A DNA stretch of 58,080 nt, the filler included, from Catajapyx aquilonaris (lineage: Eukaryota), in NCBI GenBank assembly GCA_000934665.2. It is 3 parts of 3 records of this genome, joined end to end, with 100 filler letters (N's around TTAATTAATTAA, not from the genome) between each part and the next. Parts side by side here need not be neighbours in the genome. Positions count along the whole stretch, not along the records: positions 19,377 to 38,711 come from JYFJ02006495.1; 2 more parts are not named here. The stretch is one strand, 5' to 3'. Under the pieces are notes generated by a model that made no database searches, was not told the DNA's origin, and saw only the letters and a program-made list of their open reading frames with translations. A program made the position numbers and the translations under genes. Positions 24,220 to 34,700 of this stretch are shown in pieces (the first letter of the stretch is position 1; the number at the start of each line of letters is the position of its first letter).

Positions 24220-24501
24220 ACCAGGTCCAGGCCACCCATTGCAAGTCGACAACCCCTCGTTACCTTCCGCATTTCCGTGAGGGTCTGGGTGAGTGCGACC
24301 CCCACGTGTGTGACCCTGTATATGGAGGTAGGTCTGGGGGTCTTCCTGGCCTATCCTCCCCAGGATGTCCTGCACACGTCCGTACGAAGCAGCCATGGCC
24401 ACACTCTAACGGAAGACATATGGACAAAGCCTGGGACAAAGGGACGGTTCACACGTTTCAGTCACGTAGAAGAAGCGCATGCGCCAGATGGACCGGAATA
24501 G
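24220..24501 (+). CDS. Possible GC-rich terminal exon of an unknown gene
   Basis: ttacag acceptor followed by 93 open codons (TRSRPPIAS...APDGPE*); GC higher than flanks; no recognised homology. Confidence 0.25.
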   Translation, partial: TRSRPPIASRQPLVTFRISVRVWVSATPTCVTLYMEVGLGVFLAYPPQDVLHTSVRSSHGHTLTEDIWTKPGTKGRFTRFSHVEEAHAPDGPE

Positions 24502-27105
24502 TACGGATTGGCTGATGCACCAAAATGCTGACATCTGATTGGCTGACGACTGCGCATCGGAGTGTAAAATGCAACCATGTTTTTTCTGTTAATTATGATA
24601 CAGTGTTAGATCAATTAGATTTGTAATAAAGCGGATTATATAGTAATTAATTATGTTTGTGCTAAATTGGTGCATGTTCCCCCCATATGGATCGGTCCGG
24701 CAGCCATCTTTAATTGAGTCAAATTTATGGGCGCGGCATTTGAAGCAATTTCGTGATATTCCTACAATCGGACACTTGAATAACGTTGCAGATATGTGGG
24801 CATCAGTTCAATAATTACGGTGATTACTGAATTTCAATGATTGCATTCTAAGGTGTCCCAAGTTGAAGGAACTTATGTCTGAAGCGGACGTAAGCGGTAA
24901 GGCGGACTGTTGGAACTGGTTGAATTATAGATTCAACCGACGAGAATCATTGTCTGGATCGATCAATCTTCCTGCTTTGTTCCTCTTAGATAATGAGAGC
25001 CTAAAATAATTAAAGGCCAAATATACAAATCAGCACCGGGTATATAATATAATGAATGAAAGCCAACATAAAATGAAACATTCTTACTACATCTATTGGC
25101 GCGTCCTATTGTCAGAACCACCACATGTTTAAGCAATCATAATTTCAGATCTGGACTTGTGATGTGAGACTTGCCCTGACAGAGAAGCCCTTGTTCGTAT
25201 GGTAGGCATATAGCGTCTAGAGCTATAGCATTACACAACTATGTGCGCAAGTAGACTTGCCTCGTTTGTTTGCGTGAATTGAAAAGATATTACTGTATAA
25301 CCAACACAGTTTTTTTTTAACTAGTAGCAATCAGATGCTGATAAGCACGTTTAATATTATGGCAAATCACTGTTCATCCACACCTCTCCCTGCAGTGGAA
25401 TATGTTAAAACACCACAATCACCATAATTATGGTGACAATCTTCAGGAAAACAACCAGATAGATTCCTGTCTACAACAACCAAACAAACCACCCAACAAC
25501 TTGAGGCTTATTAATAACATTGGAGACTATTGAATGTGCTAATTCAATGTGTAGCGTCTAGTTATCAGATCTCCCAACTAGATCCTAGGATCGACCTAAG
25601 TCTGACTGGAACTGTGCAGGGCCACAAAGATAGCTCGACACAAAAGTCCTGCGCCTGCTACTGTACCAGGAGGAAGACGTTGTCATATTGATAAAAAAAC
25701 AAAAAACAGATATCATCTGAAACACTTGTTTACATAAGAGTTGACAACAATTGCGGAAGTAAAATGTTTCAATTGGTATGTATATAGTAAATGCAATATT
25801 TTAAAAGACTGAAAATGCATCGCTAAATATTTGCATATCATACAATATGTAATAATGGTATAAAAATAAGCTTACGTTTCACATAATGTATCCCCTGCCA
25901 GTATGTAGAAGAGTATGCGACAATTACGTATGTGGCTATGAAGGGTTCACACACTCGTTTTGTAATACACACACTGACATAGTAATATTAATATATTAAA
26001 ATCAGTTGCTGTGAGTGCCATGGACTAAACCCTCCAGATGATGGAAGCACAGAGGGGGGACACACCAGATCAGCATCATTACAGTGCTCAGCCATCATCA
26101 TGAGTACAGAAAGTACGGCCATTTTTGTCTGGCAGAAGAGGAAAAGGTGGCACGCAGGGGATGGAACCTTATTTAATCAGTACAGTACATATTCACCGTA
26201 GGTTCCGACCCCAATGTCCTGGACTTTCCTTGACCTGTCCCTTGCCGTCTGGCTCATCCTCAGGTGGAGATGACTGCTCTGAGGCACCCAGATTCGCCCT
26301 GATTTCCCAGAACGTAACAGACAAACTTCAACGGAACGGCAGCCTACTTGTAAAGTACTAAAAATATCGACACCATGACACGTCAGAAATACCAATAACG
26401 CATTAAATATCGATATTTAGCTATATTCTTCTGGAGACTGACGAGGCAAGAGAAGACCATCTATATTCATTAAAATCCTTCGTTGCTTGAGCAAGGCCTA
26501 CACAGAAACTAGTAAACAGTGACCTTTCGTTGACACTGTTGAGGTCATTTCCATGGAAACTTGAGAAAATTGGGAGGTTCCAAAAGTGCATTCAAGGATG
26601 TCCTTTGACCATCCCACCGTAAACCGCAGGCCTAGAAAAAAAGTGAGCGAATCGATGGTTTTTCGATTATTTATTTATTATTTATAAACCTGGAGACAAC
26701 CACAAGTTACAGCCATGTAATAACAGGCCTTGTCAGAAGCAATGCTCACTTTTGGGATTGGAAGCAATGTTTATATGGTCATACATATGTATCTCACACG
26801 CTCATGCATATGATCCAGACTCACTCACACATACATGCAACACACACAACCAATCATAACATGCGCACAAAATTCATACATTAAGACACATCCACATACA
26901 ATGCAAGGTCACGAACAATCACACGTTCAAACATGAAACGTATGGATAACACATTATTATATTCGGCACGAACCCATGCAAACATCGCGAAGAAAAAATC
27001 AGTAGGTTTGCAGTCAACATGTCCTCGAATAACAATACAAGAAATTTTGATTGCTGCAAAAAGGCACAGGCTGGGAGAGGACCTCTAGTTCGTGGCAACG
27101 GTCAA

Positions 27106-28231
27106 TCATATCCGGTAACGAGGGTTCTTCATCGCCTCCTGCTGACCGCAATCGAATATGTCAGCGTGGCAAAAGTAGGAGATCTCGGCACGGCTTGGGA
27201 TGTCCCATATGTCCTTCAGCTGGATACTGAAATCGAAGAGGGAAAGCTGCTCTGATGACCCATCGAGAGACTAACACTGAATGACTACGAAATTAATTTT
27301 TTAAAAAGTCGAACAAAAAAAACTAACCCGATGGAACGTATGGCAACTTCCTGATCAGCATCTTCGGTCCAAACCTCGATCCTGTTGCCCCTAGCCCTGC
27401 AACCCGCGACGGCCCCAGTCACCTGGACGCCGTACCACTGGAAACCCGAACCGACGATGCACAACAGCTGCGACATAAAATATTTCCCCATGAATTTCCA
27501 ATCGAATTCTCCAAATAAGCTGACTTACAGTCTGCATCCACTTGTCCCTGATCATGTCCCGAGGAGCGTTCTTCCCCAGCGGGATCCGAAAGTGTCCTCC
27601 GTACTTGTTCTCATCCGACTCCCACATTGGCTTCACTCCGTGCCTGAAGCAAGCGTAGTCGTACCCGCAGGCGTTCAGTGGACCCGGGTTGTCTATATCC
27701 TCCCACACCCTATGGGTGCACCCATTGTTAACAATATTGTTAACCGGCTTTGTTTCATCTAGGTTCTTACCGTATGAAGGCAGGAAGAGACTGCAGGAGG
27801 ATCAAGGGAGCTAGGTTGTCTCCCCACCTGCTCCTCTTCTGGTGGGTACGGATGACCCACATGTTCCACCAGGCACCCAGGAGAGGCATGGCCCCCTGGA
27901 GCTCATCTGGAGGCAGATACGGGTTGACAGTAGGCAGCGGATCTCCGTACATGTAGTACATCGCTGGTTCGGTAGGTGTCTGAACATCCGGGTTGTATTC
28001 CCTCGGATAGAAGCAGGGTGCCAGGGCGGACAACTCCACTTTCGAACTAGTTGGTGCGTCACCTCCTCCGACGTCCATGTGTTCCTCTGGTGGTACCACA
28101 GTCTCCTTCTCTTCGATGGTCATGTCCCCACTGCCGTCTCCAAGCTCCATCCCAGTATGAGGGACGATGTCAGGCTCCGTGGGGTCAAGGGTCGAGGCAG
28201 CACCTTCCCCGTGGTCATTGTCGCCCTCCAT
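27106..28231 (-). CDS. eIF4E: Divergent eIF4E-family cap-binding protein with acidic N-terminal extension and PAM2-like motif, 300 aa
   Basis: Exons 28231-27771, 27709-27529, 27467-27328, 27226-27106, GT-AG, 903 nt open. Motifs PLLGAWWNMW..W, DYACFRHGVKPMWE..NKYGG, WMQTLLCIVG, GAVAGCRARGNRIEVWT, ISYFCHAD. An acceptor 7 nt before the ATG implies an upstream exon. Confidence 0.92.
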
Positions 28232-29179
28232 TCGATTCCTGAGAGTTTGAAAGTCCCGACCGTTACTAGGTTTTCAACAATGTGTAGACGACCAGTTGAT
28301 TACATGACAACATGGATCAAGCAAGTTCGAAACGTACATGTGACCAAGCATCGCATTGTCACACTTTTCCGCAAGTCATGCGAATATCAAACACTACCAC
28401 TCAGCATATAGAACACACCCCACGTCTTAACAAGATGACCTTTCGGACGAAATAACTGTGACAGAGCCACGGCACGAACATAGTTATTGAGAACATAATA
28501 CGCAGGAATAACTGACCTTTAGCAGCGGCTGCCCTATTGCACAATGGCCGACCTGCTCCTCCTCTCTCTGTTCAGGCAGAAATGGAATTAACAACGATCG
28601 AGTGTCAGCAACAATGTGTGTCAACAGCGCCATGTTTACCATGGATGTCGAGTAGTGGTTCCCCAGGTTACCGTCAAATATGAAATGTGCACAAGAGAAG
28701 AGGCCAATAGTAGCCTATAGGAACCAAAATGGGGGACATCAGAGTTTCAAATTGTCATGACCTGGACCCACCCAAGCAGTACCACTCATTGTCTACTCTT
28801 CTGAAACAGCGGACAGTGTATATTAACCTGTAGGAATAAATAAATGGCACTTAACTCCCAACTCTTTGTGTGTGAAGATCACATTGTTGAGGAAAGGCAC
28901 AACAGGTCGATATAAGTGACTTCGAGTTACATAAGCAGATCAACGGGACTCATGGAGACGAAGAATAACTCTTAATTTTTGTCCTACTACCTATCATGTA
29001 CCAATACCAATACGTAATACGACGAAGTACCATTGAAACTTAAGGATGGGTCCTTCTCGTAAAACTACATTCACGGTAGAAAAATTCCACAAAACAATGG
29101 GAAAATAACCAGAGCTGGAGACAAAATTAATCATGATTATAAGTACGTAATTCACAGCATCCACACACTAACCCGCACG

Positions 29180-29731
29180 AGCCTCAAGTGAAGTTTCCCC
29201 ATTACCTCTGAGATACCAGAACAATAAAGTCACCAACAGGAAGAGTGATACTCAACTAACCATCTTCACACAATCCGCACACCTCGAATATTTCCTTGCA
29301 AAATGCAGAAAACGACACCAATTATGTTGCTGCCATTAAAACTGTAATTAACTGATCAGTAAAGTACATATTTTCACAACCGTGATTCTTGGATGATCTG
29401 CTCAGGCTCGTATAGTCGAAAAAGTGACACATGAGGCTTAGAACCACACAAAAAGGACGGACGACGCGACGACCATTATTCACAAGGCTGCATAAGAAGC
29501 CATCCATTTTGTGACCTTCTTGAACGAGTGAGAAGGTCTATAAGTTACACAGAGAAGTAACCCCCAACGGGCATCAAGTGAAGTTTCCTCACTACTTGTG
29601 AGGTACAGTACCGGAACAATCAAGGCATCAACCGGAAGAGTGATGGGGACTGATATTCAACCAATCATCTTCACACAATCGGCTCACCTAAATTATTTCA
29701 GTGCAAAGTACAGAAGACGACACCAATGATG
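29180..29731. repeat. Degenerate direct repeat, two ~150-bp copies
   Basis: tcaagtgaagtttcc...ggaagagtgat...catcttcacacaatc...acgacaccaat at ~29180-29330 and ~29570-29731. Confidence 0.8.
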
Positions 29732-31421
29732 CAACCAAATGCACCAATGAATCACCAATCGAAATATAGCACTTTACAATATTCTCAATCTTTACAGTGA
29801 TGGTGTTAGTGATTACAAACATCGGCAAGAATAATTTATTACCTGGTCACTCCAAACGCATTACTTGAACCTGTCGATGGTCCTAAATATATCGGAACAT
29901 GGAAAAGGAATTATTATAATAATAACTATTTAGTGTTTTACCAAGATACAAATATTACTCCTGGCAAAAAAGGTGACCCCGAGAGAAGTTCATGGACACA
30001 CGCGAATGAATATAATATGGTGAGGGCAACTCATACGTAACAGAATATCGACGTGTTCTTATAAGAGGAGACAATAATTCGAAATAGAACCACACTCAAG
30101 CAATGGCTCCAGTTCAGGTACCAGATCAAAATCAACCATTTTTGTCTGTTCATAAACGAGTAAAAAATGGAATGTAAAGTATGCCGAAAATCCCCGGTCT
30201 CCTGGACAGAATCATCATGGACAGAATCATCCGATTGCATGCCATTAATAACTAACATTAACCAGTAATATTACTGTTTAGGCTCATCAATAAAGCAAAT
30301 GGGTGTGACAGCTCCCTGAGAGTGAATGTAGGATATTATTTCATCAATATCATGTGATAGCAGGACTTTGGCTAGCTTTACCATGTTAGCAAATACACCG
30401 TCTTGGCGATCAGCAGCAAAATATTCAGAAATTGATAATAATCTGCTCCTGTCCATAACGACAAGTTCAGTAAGCATCCAGACGGGTCCTTGATCTAGAA
30501 TAGGTGCAGGTTGCCTGCTTTGGCATGAAGAGCAAGGCGGCAGAAGTGATGCAGATGTAGCCAGTTCATACTATCACTGGTGTTCGGCATATTTCCGTTG
30601 ACTAGGAGTTGGTAAGCGAAACGATGACGTCAATGGCAAGTTAGGCTGGGCGGCTATAGTAACCTATGTATTACGACGTGAAATCATATGAGCATTGTCC
30701 ACTTTCACAAAATGAACAACACATTACTATAACACGAGAAAGTGAATCCCATAATTGATAAATTGAGCATTTATTTAAAAAGTAAAGAGATGTCACCAGT
30801 ACTGAAGAACAATCACCGGTTGACAATATCAGTTCGACCTCCCTACCCATATCAAGGAAGTCATGCTGCGACGCGTAACATTAATGTATTTTACACATCC
30901 GACAAGAACTCACCGCTTTATCGTGTACAACTGAACATTTGTCATTACTGCTCAAGGTAAGAGGTTAACTACATATCAGTATACAATGCTTTCATTGTAT
31001 ATGACGGGCGCACGCCACCAGGATATATTTAACACACATACAACAGGATCTCGCACAGGAGTAAGATAGAGTGGAATAGGGAGATGCTGAAAATTGGGCA
31101 AAAAGCTTCTTCATTTTACCTGCATAAATCTTCCTTCAGTGACAACAATTGCTGAAACAGTTCTTAAACTATATCAGGAAACACTATCCAGTACATCATG
31201 CAACGGGAAATTCCAACTCCACCAGAATCTGGCATTTGCACTAACATGTCAGTAAATTAAGCATTAAATAGTGGGATTCACCATTAGCATTGTCGCGGCG
31301 CAAGTATGAAAATGCCACTCTACTTGCAGATCTTCACAGGAAGTAACCACACTTAAATCACAGAGTTATACAATGACAGCACTTTAATTGTGAAACTTTT
31401 AAATAGTGAGGCGATAATAAC

Positions 31422-31720
31422 GTGGAAGCCGTCACGTACATTCACAGCAATATGCTTAAGCACAGGGATTTGAAACCAGCGAACATATTGCTGTGCAATG
31501 CTGATAGCCATGTGAAAGTCGCCGATTTCGGCATAGCAAAAGTAGCAGGTGTTCCAACGCACAGCATGTCATATGTTCAACACACAAGATACCGAGGTAC
31601 CCTTATCTACTCGAGCCCTGAACAGCACAGAGGAAGTGTACATAGTCGAAAGACTGACATTTTTTCTCTCATGGTAATTTTTTCGAAGTATGACACCTTT
31701 CCCACGTTTTCCACCTTTCA
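31422..31720 (+). pseudogene. eIF2-alpha kinase (PERK-like) C-lobe fragment
   Basis: EAVTYIHS..KHRDLKPANI..VKVADFG..HT..GTLIYSSPEQ..G...KTDIFSL covers subdomains VIa-IX; in-frame TGA at 31407; no N-lobe seen; frame decays after subdomain IX. Confidence 0.75.
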
Positions 31721-34700
31721 TCACAGCTTGCTACGGTACGCATCCAAAATCAGTTCTACATATTAATAAAACCCATCAGCTGACAATATTCATCCAGAAA
31801 CATCAACTCTTGTGTCAGAAGTCATTATTATTATCCTCTTCTTTCTCTCCGCAGCATTTGAAAACCAACATCGTAACAAGTAAGGGAGATCGGGGTCGGT
31901 TGTAACACTTTTTAGTTTGGATTTTTAAATTCAGTTGCATATGCATTTAGGCAAAGGTTTTTGACATGGTGGAAATAAGGCAACATTCCCTGAGATGCCC
32001 AAGGGCGAGAGGGAAAATAAACAGATTAATAAAGTAAATACACAGACACGGTGTAAGGGAAGACAGAATAATTGACATGTCTCCAGAAGGTTGCCCAAAC
32101 GTTGTTCACTCTTTCATTTACACAGATATCGTGTACCATCATGAGGGATTGGGATGGCGACATCGGACTTTTCTTTGGACAGTTAAATTTGTGGACCACG
32201 ACTATCCCGCCAAGAAAATATTTGCAACGTATGTGACGTACTCGTCGCTTTGCTAATTAAAATGAGAGGGGACATTAGTTGAAATGCACTGACAGTAATA
32301 ATACAGTATAAGGATGTAACCTGCAACCAGCTAACTCGAAGTGCATGTGGGCATAAATGAATATTTAGATAAACTGATGAAATATGGAAAAATGCAGCCC
32401 ATTACATAATGCTCATTCAGTAATAAGAACAATTTTCAAGTGGCATGTAATTTTCCGAAATTTCGTTATGTTGATTCACATTCTGCCCGAGTTTATTCCC
32501 ATAAATTATAATGACAACATAACATACGTATCAAAACGATAATGTTTGTTGTTGCTGGATAAAAAAAAGTAATGCACGTCTGCAGCCTTTCTGGCAAATT
32601 AACACAACAAAAGAAGTCTAACAATTTTTTTTTGCATCATAGCCATCGGGGGAAGTAGGTGCGACGAAAGGTCCATAAATTGGCAGAAACATCAACCTGC
32701 TCGAAAATAACCGTTTGGTTGTCAAAAAGTATTCTCAATCATTTGTCACAGGAAGAGCATGGAACATCAACCACAGAAAACAGGAGGGCGATGCAACGAA
32801 TAAGATGGGTGGGTGTTGTTCAGTTTGGTGCTCAAAGACTTAAATAATATGAACAAGTCCAAGTTGGTAATTTTTTTAAATAGTAAAATTGTCAGCAGAA
32901 CAAGTAGTGTCAGTTTGCCATCCAAGTAGGGAATATGTTGTTCTGTCAAAAGAGAAATAACTTATCCTGCTACGCATAACATGAAGTGAGTCATTATTTA
33001 CACATTCTTCACAGATACCCTGTCGTATTGACTTCTACCCGGACTTCCATTAACGAGAGTATCTCAGTAGCAGAATTTGTGATATAAGGAGCATAAATAT
33101 TTACATATTTCCGTCCAAGTCCTTCTTCATTATTATTTTAACCTGTACTGTAAACTACAAAAGATATAAATATGTCTACATTCATATGACAACAAAGGGT
33201 GGTGAACAAGGTTCTTCTCGAAATGGAAGCCGGCTGGAACCATGAGTAACGGTAACAACATGCCATGGCATAGAATCGCCCAAGACAACAGCAATGGCTG
33301 GAATGGAACACTACATACTACTGCAAGTTCTATAGACCGTTATGAATCATAGTTAACTTGTACGTGCTTTCAGATTAATATGTAACACAAATTGGCATGC
33401 TTCCCAACTATACTGGTCCGAGACTTATTCTCTCTACAATACACTTTGTTCGGAAGCATTGTGTCTAACAATTAAGACGAGAGTGAGCTGGTGCTAGATG
33501 TGACCATAAGTTAGAAGATAAAATATACCATTTAGGACTCACAATCATGTGGACGTGAACATCAATCAGACGCCAAATCAAAATAGCTACCACAAAAGGC
33601 GGGGCACAATCTCAATTGTATCACAACACTTCATAGCGTGTAATCCGAATCGTCCTTGTCGAAAAGCATGAAGGCACAAAAAGTTATCAAAATTGGACTC
33701 TAATAATGGTAGTAATCAGCTGCATATCCGTGATAATAAATACATACTTGCATCGTGATATGGGCATCAGAAGCTCCTCTTAAAAGAAAAAGCATGAAAC
33801 GCAAACAAAACCCAAAGGAGGCCATTGTCAGCGCTGGTATTCTCAATGGAGCGAAACCATCGCCGGTTATCGTTCCTGAGAATGTCAAAATCAACCAAAA
33901 AGTCTACCACTAGCGAATTCTGGTGTCAATAATTCTACTTCCTTGGGCCCGAGAGCATTTTTGAGAAGGTTGGACTTATGTCGTTTCTTATTTATATCTT
34001 GCTTATGACAAGCAGTAGGCATTGAATCAAAATGTAGAGGTTGCTATTCGAGTAAAATAGATCTTCCTGAGTTGTTTTCCTATGTATAGTTACCAACAGT
34101 ATTACATGTGAGTTTTTGTATATTTTTATTTCTCTCTAATAAAAACCTCACATACCATCCATCTATCCCACAGAGCTAGTCAAACTAGACCACTCTTGAC
34201 ATTGGTGCAGTAGTGATTTGGACCTTTATAAAAGGATCATTCTCATCAACCAGGATCCACCTCCTTGGGTATCATCACTAGTGACTGAGCTCTGCACTAT
34301 GGCTTTGCCCTGCTGCCTCCATAAACTCGCCTAAAATTTCACCTGGTGAGCATTCTGATAGGATCCTTTTGCACAATCATGAACCAGAAAGGGTAAAAAT
34401 TGCAAAGATGCAAAAGAAGAGCGTGACCTGGCAGGCCTGGCGCAGACCCTTGCAGCAAGACTTCATCCAGACAAGAAGCCTTTTCTCACCATATGATTTA
34501 GCTAAGTTATGCAACAATCTAGGCAATAAAGACAAAATATAACCCAGAATCTGAAATAAATCAAAATCCACCATCGCGACACATGCAACAGTAGAACAGG
34601 GAAGACGCTAAAAATTGGGCAGAAGCTTCTTCATGACCTCCATCAATCTCACTTCAGTGAAAACACCTGCTGAAACAGCTTTGATAAACAGCTTTTGATG

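Noticed and set aside
26038..26361. Possible small two-exon plus-strand gene
   Set aside because: Weak donor, ambiguous frame and no homology
27385..28411. Plus-strand ORFs of 125 and 189 aa
   Set aside because: Antisense shadows of the GC-rich eIF4E exons
32126..32228. Exon-like segment with good acceptor and donor
   Set aside because: Could not be joined into a credible gene model
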